Part shown: positions 1 through 15,150 of the stretch, one piece after another
How positions within the stretch are numbered: position 1 is the first letter of the stretch
Layout of the letters: each line of letters starts with the position of its first letter
NCBI RefSeq assembly: GCF_009914755.1
Contig: NC_060930.1
DNA: 64,000 nucleotides
Source of the DNA: the human T2T-CHM13v2.0 reference genome, Homo sapiens
Direction: 5' to 3' (one strand)
The notes under the pieces: generated by a model
Told to the model about the DNA's origin: nothing
Databases searched by the model: none
What the model saw: the letters and a program-made list of their open reading frames with translations, nothing else
Translations under genes and position numbers: made by a program

Positions 1-9
1 AAAAAATCA

Positions 10-625
<616 letters not shown>

Positions 626-921
626 TGAGAACTTTCCATCACTCAAAAAAAAATCCCATTGTGCCCTTTTTGTAGTCTGTCACTTCTGTCACCCCTAGGG
701 TGCAATTTTGAAATTGCAGTACAAAGTTTATATTTTCCATTTATTGGAACTTGGATCTATTTTTATTTCATAGGAAATTTACAGTATTCAGCATTAACAG
801 TAGTTGTGCAGTCTTAGATGTATAAGACAAATTAGGTCTCAATTTACACATTGGTAAATTGAGATCAAATAACCCAAGGCAGAAATTAAAGCTTTCTCTT
901 CAAAATAGTTGTGAACAGTCC

Positions 922-1938
922 TGAAGGGGTGGCCTGCCCTTCCACACCTGTAGGTATATCTCGTCAGGTGGGACGAGAGACTGAGAAAGAAATAAGACAC
1001 AGAGACAAAGTATAGAGAAAGAACAGTGGGCCCAGGAGAACGGCACTCAGCATATCAAGGACCTGCCCCGTCACCGGTCTTTGAGTTCTCTCTGTTTTGG
1101 TTGATTACTATTTTCACTATCTCAGCAAGAGGAATGCCGTAGGAGAGCAAGGTGATAATAGGGAGAAGATCAGCAAGAAAACATGTGAGCAAAGGAATCT
1201 GTGTCACAATTAAGTTCAAGTGGAGGTACTATGCCTGGATGTGCACGTAGGCCAGATTTATGTTTCTCTCCACCCAAACATCTCAGTGGAGTAAAGAATA
1301 ACAAAGGAGCATTGCTGCCAACATGTCTCGCCTCCTGCCATAGGGCGGTTTTTCTCCTATCTCAGAATTGAACAAATGTACAATCAGGTTTTATACTGAG
1401 ACATTCAGTTCCCAGGAGCAGGCAGGAGACAGTGGCCTTCCTCTATCTCAACTGCAAGAGGCTTTCCTCTTTCACTAATCCTTCTCAGCACAGACCCTTC
1501 ACGGGTGTTGGGCTGGGGGACGGTCAGGTCCTTCCCGTCCCACGAGGCCATATTTCAGACTATCACATGGGGAGAAACCTTGGACAATACCCAGCTTTCC
1601 AGGGCAGAGGTCCCTGCGGCTTTCTGCAGCGCATTGTGCCCCTGGTTTATCGAGACTAGAGAATGGTGATGACTTTTACCGAGCATACTGCTTGTAAACA
1701 TTTTGTTAACAAAGCACATCCTGCACAGCCCTAGATCCCTTAAACCTTGATTCCATACAACACATGTTTTTGTGAGCTCAAGTTTGGGGCAAAGAGGTTA
1801 GGGCAAAGTGGTTGGGGCAAAGTTACAGCATCTCAGGGCAAAGCAATTGTTCAGGGTACAGGCCAAAATGGAGTTTCTTATGTCTTCCCTTTCTACATAG
1901 ACACAGTAACAGTCTGATCTCTCTTTCTTTTCCCTATA
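922..1938 (-). mobile_element. HERV-K(HML-2) solo LTR, LTR5A/LTR5B type
   Basis: Reverse complement begins ...AGGGAAAAGAAAGAGAGATCAGACTGTTACTGTGTCTATGTAGAAAGGGAAG and ends GGCCACCCCTTCA; ~1017 bp; 6-bp TSD cagtcc (916-921)/cattcc (1939-1944). Confidence 0.92.
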
Positions 1939-2107
1939 CATTCCAATTAAAGCTTGGTTCTTCATTCCTCACTCTCCTTCACTGTTTTCAGTGGGAAGAG
2001 GAGCACTGGTCCAATCTTTGTTTGTTTAAATCTCTCTTCAGCTCTAATAACTTGATTTTTGTCCTTGAGTCAGTCCTGTAGTTGTAGAACCTGTTAAATC
2101 TAGTTTT

Positions 2108-2420
2108 GGCCAGGTGTGGTGGCTCACGCCTGTAATCCCAGCACTTTGGGAGGCTGAGGCGGGTGGATCAGTAGGTCAGGAGTTTGAGACCAGCCTGACC
2201 AACGTGGTAAAACCCCATCTCTACTAAAAATACAAAAATTAGCTGGGTGTGGTGGTGCCCGCCTGTAATCCTAGCTACTCAGGAGGCTGAGGCAGGAGAA
2301 TCACTTGAACCTGGGGGCGGAGGTTGCAGTGAGCCGGGATCGCGCAACTGCACTTCAGTCTGGGCAACAGAGCGAGACTCCATCTCAAAAATAAATAAAT
2401 AAATAAATTAATTAATTAAA
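2108..2420 (+). mobile_element. AluS
   Basis: Full dimer with (AAAT)n tail. Confidence 0.9.
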
Positions 2421-2764
2421 AACTAGTTTCTGTTCAAATTCTTAAATTTGATATCAAGTCAATTGTATAATTTCCTCTCCAACCTACAAGTAAAATAATC
2501 CTCTCCATAAAAACCCATAACATGCTATAGTGTGTGCCTTGCAAACTTCTTAAACTGTGAATAGATCTAATACATTTTTCTTCTTTTTTTTTAACACCTT
2601 GCTCATGGAACTAATGAATCTTATTTGGATGAAAAATATTGGTATAGGACATAGAATAAATTATGTGAATTCAGAAAGAACCTATCAAAAATTGTGAATA
2701 TGGAACATACTCCTGTTACTTATACCAGCTTATATTATTTTAGTGAGTTAGAAAGCTATTTTTG

Positions 2765-2767
<3 letters not shown>

Positions 2768-2822
<55 letters not shown>

Positions 2823-2972
2823 AGATGGAGTCTCTCTTAATCACCCAGGCTGGAGTGCAGTGGCGTAATCTTGTCTCACTGCAACCTCCCCCTCCTGGGT
2901 TCAAGAGATTGTCTTCTCTTGCCTCAGCCTCCCTAGTAGCTGGGATTACGGGTGCGCACCACCTCACCCGAC
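2768..2972 (-). mobile_element. Truncated AluS right arm with ~54-nt pure poly(T) tail
   Basis: T run 2768-2821 followed by antisense Alu right arm. Confidence 0.88.
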
Positions 2973-3014
2973 CTGTTGAGCTCTTGTAAGAAATCTCCTG
3001 AGCAGGAAAATCTG

Positions 3015-3240
3015 GAGTAGATTAGTGGCTGCTCGGGGCTTTTGGGGGTGGGCAGGTGAGGTGGGTGGGAATGTAGGAAGAGAGTGATAGCTAAGTGGTA
3101 TGGGGTTTCTTTTTGAGATGATGAAAAGGTTTAAAAATTGGTTGTGATGATGGCTGTGCATATACTAAAAAACATTAGACTGTATGCTTTAAATGGCTGT
3201 ATATGGTATGTGAATTACATTTCAGTGTGGCTTTTTAAAG
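3015..3240 (+). mobile_element. Old L1M 3' end fragment
   Basis: agtagattagtggctgc...tgtatatggtatgtgaattacatttc resembles L1M 3' UTR. Confidence 0.6.
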
Positions 3241-4190
3241 TCTCCTTTTGACCAATAATGTTACATACTTTAATGTGAATTCAAATGAATTAAGGTACTT
3301 GACTTAAAGCAATGGGACAAAAGCCTAGGGTTTCATATACACAAACTCCAGAGATTTCTAGTGCCCTCACCTACAAATTAATTTTCTGGTCAAGTAAAAG
3401 CCAGTTAAATTTGAGTAAATAGCCTCAAAAATCCTAATGGAGACCAAAGCCAAAAATAACTTGTTTTATGTAGTTTGCCTTCTTAATACTTGTATATCCC
3501 ATTTACTCATTTTTGAATTATAGTTTGTACATTTTTGTTTTGTTTTTAGTATGTGTATACCATATCAACTATCTCTTCCTCTGAAACAAATGTTTCACAA
3601 AAAATCACATACAGTGATTTCACATAGAGTCAACAAGTGTTGACTACTTATGTCAGATAACAGGCTGTAGTAAATAAGTGGAAATTAGGTTTTTACAGAA
3701 AACTAGGGAAATAACAATGTGTGGAATCACTACTTTCACTTGCTGTTTTTTCACTTGACACCTTATGAAATAGTTGACTTGCCATGGTGCATGAAAAATG
3801 TGTACGCTTAAACTCTAGAATCACACTCAACATCTTCACATGGTCTCCTTATATGAGAAGTTCTCAGGAACTGACACTGATTGAGAGAACCACTGATCAA
3901 GTCATCACCTCTCAATTTACTCCAGATCACTTGTTTATGGGGGAATTGACTGCATCATTTAGGTTATTTTTCTCCTGTTTTTGAAAGGCATTTCTGGTTT
4001 AGTTTGTGTAAGGTAGATAGATATTTATATGACCACAGTTTACATAGATAATGATTTGCTGCTGGAAGTAACCTGATTATAACTGACTAATTCTGAATTA
4101 CCTGAAGATTTTGGACAAATGTTATTCAAATATAGGTGTTTTAGCTTTAAACAGACTTAAAAATACAGATTTTTGGAAAAGATAAATTGA

Positions 4191-5790
<1,600 letters not shown>

Positions 5791-6392
5791 ATTGAAATGG
5801 TAGTAAATCTTACATTTCTTTGAAACATGTTGTGATTAGCTTCTTTCAGCAAAATAGTTGCTTATTATTTGTCTAAAAACAGACCTATTACTTACTTGTA
5901 GTTAATGTTCATTTTTGCCCTGAATTATATAATTTTCCACGTTTTCGAAATTTTAATTATAAAATTATGCAGTTGCATTTTCTTTTATGTTCTATGACAT
6001 GCTGTTTCTGTTATTGGACATAGGTTATTTTCAGACTGTCATAGCTTTCATTACTAAAGATACCTGACTTGCCTAACACAAAAGTACTTATTTGTTTACA
6101 CATATACATATGTATATGTATTTAAGTATATGTATACTTAATCATATAGCTGATAACTAGTTTTTAAATTTTAATGAATTTTAGCATCTGGGTAGTGGAA
6201 ACAACTGTAATTGACATGTCAATCCAGGTTTTTAAAATAACTTACTTTATGTTTGTGATATTACACACTAAGGCAGATTTTGTGTTCTTGACTACTGTAT
6301 CATTAATTAACTACTAGCATTAATTTCAGCCTCATATACTATGAGTGATAGACATGGCCTTTTTTATTATGTAATGTTTCTTATTGATACAG

Positions 6393-6496
6393 ATGGCTTA
6401 AGCAAAATCAGACTAAACTATAGCGATGAATCACCTGAAGCTGGTAAAATGCTTGAAGATGAACTCGTCGACTTCTCAGAAGATCAGGATAACCAG
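6393..6496 (+). CDS. SENP6: SENP6 internal coding exon ((D)[34 protein letters not shown]), acidic insertion region of the catalytic domain
   Basis: Acceptor ...gatacag| (AG 6391-6392), donor CAG|gtaaaa at 6497; translation recognised as SENP6 and joins the downstream exons in frame. Confidence 0.95.
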
Positions 6497-8193
6497 GTAA
6501 AACTTAATGCTTGGCAAAAAGTTCTAATGTTTTATCTAATTAAAAGTTTTTCTTGCTGAACATGGTGGTGCACACCTGTAGTCCCAGTGACTTGGGAGGC
6601 TAAGGCAGAAAGATCTCTTGAGCCTAGGAGTTTGAGTTCAGCCTGGGCAACATAAGGAAACTCCATCTCTTAAAAAAAAATGAAAAAAGGAAAAAGAAAA
6701 AGACTTTATAAAGTCTTGTAAAGCAATTTCTTCAACTAGTAATTTATCATGGCTTCTGAATTTGGATCATATCTTAAAAAACAAATTCAGCTTTCAAGTC
6801 AGAAGTTGCCAGGATAAATGTATACATGCTGTTGTTGCTGCTACTGTGGTGTGGACTGAACTTTAATGTAATATTGATTAACTCACCCTAACTCAGCTAC
6901 CACCACCAATACCCACCTTCCTCTTTCAAAGCATTTATGGGTCATACTTAACCTTTAACCTGACTTGACATTCAAGAAGCAAATGTTTAAACCTTCAGTT
7001 ATATGGTACATGAGTACCAAAAATATTATATTGTTTTCCCACTTTTCCAGTTATTTTTTTTTCTCCTGCCTGATTCGATTTATATGTGTCATGGCAGAAG
7101 CAGATAATATTTAATTAAAGTTAATATAGATGAATTCTGACTTTTCCTTGGAGTCTCATTTGCCCTAACAAACAGTATGAACAGCAAGAATAAAGTATAT
7201 CTGTGAAAATACTTTACTTTTTAGCTTCTGTTAAAAGAGGATTTTATATTGAGAAAAGTTTATAAGAATCCTACAGCATACCATTTTGTTAATTCTCTGA
7301 CCTTTCATTAGTTGTTAGGACATACTGAGTTGTATAGTAGTGAAGATAGCTTTATACTGCACCATCTTTCCTTTTTGCTTAATCTTCCAGTGAACAAAAG
7401 GCATTTTAAGATATCTCTTGGTTTACAATGTATGGCAACTAAATATAGCTTTTCAATCCAACATATATAGGAATTACATTCATGATTTATAATGAGCACT
7501 TAGGTACTTTTGGTTATAGCAGTTACCTGTGATGTGAACAAGCTAATGTAACTGCTTTATTATTACTATTATTCCTACTATTGATTATTCCATTCGTAAA
7601 GTTGCCAGAAGCTTTCTCAAAGAACAACAATGACCAAAAAAGCCTTGTTTATTTTACATTCAAGAGAATCTACAGAATAAGGACTCAGTGTCCTTAAGTT
7701 AGCTTCTCTCAAGTGAGATGGATAAGTGGGTTTCTCAAGGAAAACAGTGTTTCCAAAAACCCTTTAAATATTTCTGATGTGAAAACATTATTCATGTAAA
7801 ATAACATGTTATTTTATATCCTATTGTGAAATAGCTGTCTTAGCCAACAAACTAAATTTTTGTAAAAATAAACTAAAATCAGAGCAGTAATATTTGGTGG
7901 GAGAAGATTCAGTCATAATATATTCAGTCTTAAAGATTTATTCTAGATTGAGTAAATAGATGTAACAATTTGTTATAAACCTCTGGTAGTTTATTTTCCT
8001 TAAAATGTCAGTGTTGTAGCATTGGATAATTGGAATTAAGTAACATACCACATCTCTAGTGTCTAATCACCTAAATAGAGAAAAAGTTTTGACAATCATT
8101 ACAAATATTTTTGTCTCCAGTGTGCTATTTTGTTAGGTTATTAGTTATTTAGGTTATATATTTTCAGTATTAACAGTAGGCTGTCTTTTATAG

Positions 8194-8282
8194 GATGATA
8201 GCAGTGACGATGGATTCCTCGCTGATGACAACTGCAGTTCAGAAATAGGACAGTGGCATTTAAAGCCTACTATCTGTAAACA
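8194..8282 (+). CDS. SENP6: SENP6 internal coding exon ([30 protein letters not shown])
   Basis: Acceptor tcttttatag| (8191-8193), donor CA|gtaagc at 8283; 89 nt, phase-compatible with both neighbours. Confidence 0.95.
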
Positions 8283-8388
8283 GTAAGCATTAACTGTGTA
8301 TCTTGAAAACTACATAATTTTTAAGTATGCTCATAAAACATAACAGGACAGTTTTTTTTTTAAATAAATACTTAAGCAAAACTCATAA

Positions 8389-8914
<526 letters not shown>

Positions 8915-9689
8915 TAACATGGGGTTGGAGTTTACACTGATTCCTTAGCTACTCTTTGAAGGCTGTGGAGTAACCCAAGGCAGACGTAAGAGACATGTTC
9001 CAACTGAGAACTCCAAATAAGGGTGAGTCAGTTTTGCTTTTCAGAAGTACGTGTTTCTTCTGAGATGCTGAACTTCTTAGGTGAAGTATTACCTATTTCT
9101 AGGTTTAATCTCCTTTGACTTTTTTTTATAGAAAATGTTGACAGAAACTCTATTAAGAGACTTTGAAAATGCAGCATCATTCTACAGAAAAATAGAGACC
9201 TAGGGTAGTTAAACAATCTGCTCCAAACTTTATAAAATTTTAGCAGGAAGAAGCTAGATCACTTCCAGACACAGTGGGTCACACTTTGTGCTAGCACTTC
9301 TGAAGACCAAAGCAGGAGGACCGCATGAGGCCAGGAGTGCAAGACCAGCTTGTGCAACACAGTGAGACGCCATCTCTGGAAAAAGTTAAAAAAAAAAAAT
9401 AATAGCCAACTGTGGTGGCTAAAAAATAACCTAGATTTTTTTTTAACATTTGAGGAGTTTGGGCTCTACATTAGACTTCCTTACTTGAGTTTACAACATA
9501 ACTTTACAGAATTAAAATACTGAAAGTTGAATCTTCAGCCATCAATATTTATATACAGAGTTATATGGAGTGTTCTACAGAGTGTTCTGAAGTGGAATCT
9601 TGAAAAAAAAAAGTTCTAAACTAATTATTTCATGTGATGATTACCTGTTTTGTTATCTACAATAAGTTTTAGTTAAAAATGAGATTTTT

Positions 9690-9972
9690 GGTTGGGCGCA
9701 GTAGCACATGCCTATAATCCCAGCACTTTGGAAGGCTGAGGTGGGCAGATAGCTTGAGCCCAGGAGTTCTATACCAGCCTGGGCAACATGGAAAAACCCA
9801 TCTCTACAAAAAAAAATAAAAAAATTAGCTGAGTGTGGTCACATATGCCTGTAGTTACAGCTCCTCAGGAGGCTGAGTTGGGAGGATCACCTGCGCTCAG
9901 GACATTGAAGCTGCAGTGAGCTGTTATTACGCTGCTTCACATGGTGACAGAGTGAGACCCTGCCTGAAAAAA
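9690..9972 (+). mobile_element. AluJ
   Basis: Alu dimer. Confidence 0.85.
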
Positions 9973-10379
9973 ATGGGCCGAGGTTGGGGGGATTATTTTC
10001 TTTATACTTTTTCATGGTCCTTTTGTTGATTTTGGAATATGGGGATGTTCAATTTTTCAGAATTGTTTTGACTTTTTACTAATTTTGAAGTACTTTTAGA
10101 AACCAACTACAGAATTTTAGTATAAAATATAGCTAAGATATGGTTAAGTTAATATTCTATAATTCAATATTTAATATATCCATAGATATTTAAGTATTAT
10201 TAGATTATAAGGTTCGTATGTGTCTATAAGGTTCATTTTTTTTCCCTCAGTAGTACTGAGTCATACAAAGGGGATTTTGAAGGTTTTAAATTTGATTGTT
10301 TATAATATGCCACTTTTAATCCTTTTATGCATTTGTAATATTATGAAGTATTCGACTTTTGGTCATTTTTACCCTGCAG

Positions 10380-10448
10380 ACCTTGTATCCTACTTATGGA
10401 CTCACTCCGAGGCCCTTCTCGGTCAAATGTTGTCAAAATTTTAAGAGA
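10380..10448 (+). CDS. SENP6: SENP6 coding exon ([23 protein letters not shown]), contains the conserved Ulp/SENP 'DS' motif
   Basis: Acceptor ttttaccctgcag|, donor GA|gtaagt at 10449; LLMDSL motif typical of C48 peptidases. Confidence 0.95.
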
Positions 10449-10541
10449 GTAAGTTCACACTTTATTTCGTATTCTGATGGGGATGAAGAACTATGTATAT
10501 TTATATATGTGTGTATTCTTAATATATATGAATTATTGCAG

Positions 10542-10692
10542 GTATTTAGAAGTGGAATGGGAAGTTAAAAAAGGAAGCAAAAGAAGTTTTTCCAAAGATG
10601 TTATGAAGGGCTCTAATCCAAAAGTACCACAGCAAAACAACTTCAGTGACTGTGGTGTATATGTATTGCAGTATGTAGAGAGCTTTTTTGAG
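10542..10692 (+). CDS. SENP6: SENP6 coding exon with catalytic Cys ([11 protein letters not shown]...[22 protein letters not shown])
   Basis: Acceptor ttattgcag|, donor GAG|gtgggt at 10693; PQQxNxxDCG motif of C48 SUMO proteases, Cys codon TGT 10651-10653. Confidence 0.97.
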
Positions 10693-10919
10693 GTGGGTTT
10701 CAATTTGTTGGATCTGCTATAATAAATAATAAAATAGTGCATTTGACTTTACCTTAGTAAAAAACACAATAAGCAAATATTTTAAAGAGTTTCAAAATTA
10801 TTGTTTCAAAAATTATTCCATGGAGCAAAAACTTCTAAATGGAAGAACCTTCAAGGCATAAAAATAGTATATTTACAGTTCATCAAATCCAAGGCTTGTT
10901 GAGCTCATTCTATCACTGA

Positions 10920-12150
10920 ACAATCAACCTGCCCTCTCTACTAGCTCTTGCCACCTTAAGAAATCTCTCCCATGATTCACACTGCCTCTTTTAGCCTCTT
11001 TTCTCCTCTTCATAGATACATTTCTTAAGAAGTGTTTATATTCACTCTCTAATTCTACAGATTCTACTTCTCAAATCTCTAAAATCTGGCTTTATCCTTA
11101 ACCTTATGTTAAAATTGCTCTTGACTTTCCAGCACCCTTTGACAGTGTCAACCATTTCTTCCTCACTCTCTTGCTTTGACTTCAGAGGTACAGTACCACA
11201 CATAACCTCTCTTGGATATTCTTTACTCTGATCTTGGCTCCTATCTTCATCCACCATACAGTAGATGACCACTAGGTTCTGTGAATTGTGTCATTTAATG
11301 TCAGATAGATTTACTTGTTTATCGTCGAGTGTCGCTATTCTGAACTGCTATACCAATCTCTAACAGATTCCTATGCCTCCTGCCTTCTGGTTTTCATGGT
11401 TGTTTCCCAAAAACATAAATCTAATCCTGTTACTTTCCTGCTTTAAATCTTATAGTGGCTTCCTGTGGCTGTTGATTTACAGACCAAAATCTTTCACATG
11501 ATTGATAAGCACCTATGTGATCTGACCCCCTATTTAAGCTTCTAGCCTCATTTTCCCACCATTTTCACTCTAGCTTTAATACAACAGCCAGCCACCTGAA
11601 TGCCATTGTTTCATGTTCTTTCTTGCCTCTAGGCCTTGATTCATATTTCCTAACCTGGAATACTTTTTTGTTGCTTCTATTATACCTTGTCTGTCTAACA
11701 TGTATTCATTCTTCAGGTCTTAGCCTAAACATCACTTCCTCTTGGAATTGCATAAAACCCCAGATATGTATTTTCACAGTACTCTATACTTCTGTCATAA
11801 TACTTGCCATATTTCTTGTTTTAATTGTTGAATTACCTGTCTTTCTAAACTGGAGCTGGCAAACTTGTTAATAAAGTAGTAAATACATTAGGCTTTGCAA
11901 CTGTGCAGTCTCTATTGCCTCTTAGTTCTGCTGTGGTCCAGTGAAAGCATCTGCAGACCATATGTAAATGAGTTAGTGTGGCTGTGTTCCAATAAAACTT
12001 TATTACAGAAACAGGTGGTGGGCAGAATTTGGTCCACTGGCAAACCCTGATCTAGACTATAAGATCTATGATAGAAACTGTGTCTTGTATCTCCAATACC
12101 TAACACAGTACTTGGCATGTGATAGATAATACAGAAATACATATTGAATG
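10920..12150 (+). mobile_element. L2 remnant interrupted by a MER58-type hAT MITE (~11855-12050)
   Basis: L2-like 3' end (cctaacacagtacttggcatgtgatag...attgaatg); MER58 motif gtggctgtgttccaataaaactttatt. Confidence 0.65.
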
Positions 12151-12251
12151 CGTTGTTGGGTTTTCTTATTTTTAACTTCGGAATGTTTCTGTGATTGAAA
12201 TGAAAGGTTATTTATTACAGTTTTCTAATACGCATTTAATTGTATTTTCAG

Positions 12252-12461
12252 AATCCAATTCTCAGTTTTGAACTACCTATGAATTTGGCAAACTGGTTTC
12301 CTCCACCAAGAATGAGAACAAAAAGAGAAGAAATCCGAAACATAATTCTGAAGCTACAGGAAGATCAGAGCAAAGAGAAAAGAAAGCATAAGGACACTTA
12401 CTCAACAGAAGCACCTTTAGGCGAAGGAACAGAACAATGTGTCAATAGTATCTCAGATTGA
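12252..12461 (+). CDS. SENP6: SENP6 terminal coding exon ([36 protein letters not shown]...EQCVNSISD*)
   Basis: Acceptor tattttcag| (12249-12251), stop TGA 12459-12461; matches the SENP6 C-terminus. Confidence 0.96.
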   Translation, partial: NPILSFELPMNLANWFPPPRMRTKREEIRNIILKLQEDQSKEKRKHKDTYSTEAPLGEGTEQCVNSISD

Positions 12462-15150
12462 CCATTTCTGTTACTTGTCATTTCTACTTTCAGAAACTAA
12501 ATGACTTTCAAATTTGGGTATAGACAATAAAGAACTGAAGTGCTCACTACTCAGTGATTTGGAAATTTTGATGCTTGTATAAATGTCAGATAATTAATTT
12601 CCAAAGGCGTATGTATTAAGTAAAAGTCTGTAAATATGTTAATGAGGCCAATTTTTCCAGCATTTATAATTATTTTTTTCACTTGTTAGGAAGCTTTTGT
12701 TATGTATTTTCTGTTAATAGTACCTAAAATTGCAACTTCTAAACCCAAATAAAAAGAAAATATTTATAGGAGGAAATGATTAATTTGATATTCTTTAGTG
12801 AACTTGTTTAATTCCTCAGTGGGTGTGACATATTTCATGGGAATATTCAAATATCTATGGTAATATTTTGACCCTTTATATTTGTTCTAAAATAAGTCAA
12901 AATGTGAAAATAATATTAAATCTAAGATATTTTGAACTAAGCATCTTTATATGCTTGTGTAACAGGAACAAAGTAACAGCCTTTCAATTCATATACTGCC
13001 TTGTGTTCAGTGAACCCAAGAAATGTAATAAATATTTGTAATTTTACACAAATATTTAAGAGGAAAGAGTATTAAGAGCAATTCAAAAAAAGTAACCTTA
13101 TACTACTAAAAAAAAAATTCTTGCATATATTATCATCAAATGCATTTTTGAAGACATCAAACACTCAGGTTAAAACTATTTTGGTAAGTGCAGCTTGAAT
13201 TTCAAATATCCCGTGTTACCTTTCTCTATTACAGCTTAAAGTATGCTACAATCTGTGTCATATAGTTAATTGATAAGCATTTTTAATCTGTGTAAACACA
13301 GGAATTTAAATAGGAATTTACTATTTTTTTATAAAGCTTTTGCTATTTTTTCATTGCTCATTTTGTTCTTATTATTTTGATAAAGTATCAGACTTTTTGC
13401 TTGAGTTCTTCAGTGTAAATTATTTTTTACATGTAAAAGTACTGTATTCAACCAGTTGCATAATACAGCAAAAATCTTTGAATTCCCCTTTAAAATAACT
13501 AAAATTTGATGGTTTCCATGACAGATTTATAGCACATATAGGGATCTTGCATATATCTGCAGAAACTTCATTATTTTTCAAATGAAATGGTGTATACTTC
13601 TTTCAAATGAACTTTGAGACTTGAAACATATTTTAGTCATTTTTTGTTAAATATTGAATTTTTAAATACACATATATCAAAAATAGTTGAGAATAAAAAG
13701 AAAGCCTAATCATCAGCAATTATTTTATTTTTAATTTGGCCATCTCTGACATTGCAGTCAATATCTTAGGGTATTTTCTTGAATTTAATAAAGTCCCATG
13801 GGTGGGTTCAGGGTGAATGGGAGTATTAACAACAACCAAAAAATATCTATTGAGACACAGTAGAGTCTCAGTAAGAGAAATATTAAAATGTAAGAAAGGT
13901 CACCATTAGTGATATCAACTGTAGTTTGTTACTTTGAACTATATTTCTGATTAACTCTTTATAGTAATAACTTAGAGCTGTTAGCTCAGATATCTTAATT
14001 AGCTCATATGAAAAACAAGTTTAATTTTATTATTTACTGAACATGGCAAAATGCTTTTCAATCTATAATAAAACTGGGATAAAAAATTGAAGTTGTTTTT
14101 TTTAAAACCTAATAGCAATAAGCAAAATTGGCATACATAATTTTTTTAATGAACTATATTTTGTCAGAATCTGAAGGTACTGAAAAACTATTCTAAAATG
14201 CCTACTTGTTTTTGCGTTAATTTGTAATGCTTACATTTTGCACCCTTAGATAATGTTTGATAAGATAAAAATATAATTTATCCCTTGTACCAACTCAAGT
14301 CAATCAGATTTTAACATGAAAAATATAGATTAATGTATGTCAGCTTTCTAGAGGTAGAATACTCAGCTATTTGATGGCATTTTTCCCACCCCATGTGAAA
14401 TTTTATTTTTGGAAGTTATGCTAGTGACATTGCAATATATATTGAAATCTTCGGAGGCTGCCAGGTTGAGCTTCAAAACTAGACTTGAGAATCTTTCGTG
14501 TATATGCACATTCACTTGATAATTGTGTATTCTATGTAGTTTAAAGTGGGATCAAGCCTTTTAAAATGTGTTATTAGTACTTAGAAGTTGTAAAACAGAA
14601 CTTATAGAGGTTTGTTACTAGACACTGAAACTGCATGACAAGTATCTGGTGTCTTAACTAATTAGATAGATCTGTTGTATTGGTTTTCTTGTTGGATAGA
14701 ATAACAGTTAATCATTTTTAGAAGAGTTTTAGATTACTTGCCATAAAATTTGTATGTCTCAGCTCTTGTTGGTTTAGGAGCAGAAGTGGTGTTTAGTCCC
14801 TTCCCGTTAATGTTGCTGTGCTACTTCAGACAGCTGAAAACTTAATGGTATTATTTCAAGTTCACATAACCCTAAAAAAGGTTTTCTTTGTGTAGTAACT
14901 TGTGCTTAAACTTTTAGTCAATTAAATGTAGGAGGTTTTATTTGAAAACATAAAATGATTCTCTAAATTACATCTTGTTTTAAGCCACCAAAATGAATGC
15001 AGTAATTTTTCTTTAAAAAAATGATCTCTGAAAACTGTGAGACAATGTAAAAAGAATAAGTTTTAATTCCCCCAAAATCAAAAATTGTACTTAAAATCTC
15101 AGACAATTCACTGAACAGGAATAATAAAGAACATATTTTAATATATAATA
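12462..15150 (+). other. SENP6: SENP6 3' UTR (AU-rich, repeat-free, several poly(A) signals)
   Basis: Follows the stop codon; no Alu for about 3.5 kb in an otherwise Alu-saturated region; AATAAA at 12526, 12748, 13027, 13692, 13787, 14067, 15123. The 3' end is inferred. Confidence 0.8.
15123..15128 (+). terminator. Probable distal SENP6 polyadenylation signal AATAAA
   Basis: Last AATAAA of the repeat-free block; position fits the recalled ~31 kb spacing between the SENP6 end and the MYO6 start. Confidence 0.6.

Noticed and set aside
1782-1845. GGGCAAAG repeats inside the LTR
   Set aside because: Probably part of the LTR5A/B consensus rather than a separate array
6100-6140. Two adjacent AT-rich palindromes (20-bp perfect; 8-bp stem)
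   Set aside because: Low-complexity TA-rich sequence where palindromes arise easily; no other support
6341-6559. ORF-track ORFs overlapping SENP6 exons treated as standalone genes (also 10477 and 12240)
   Set aside because: They are exons plus flanking intron; true limits are set by splice sites
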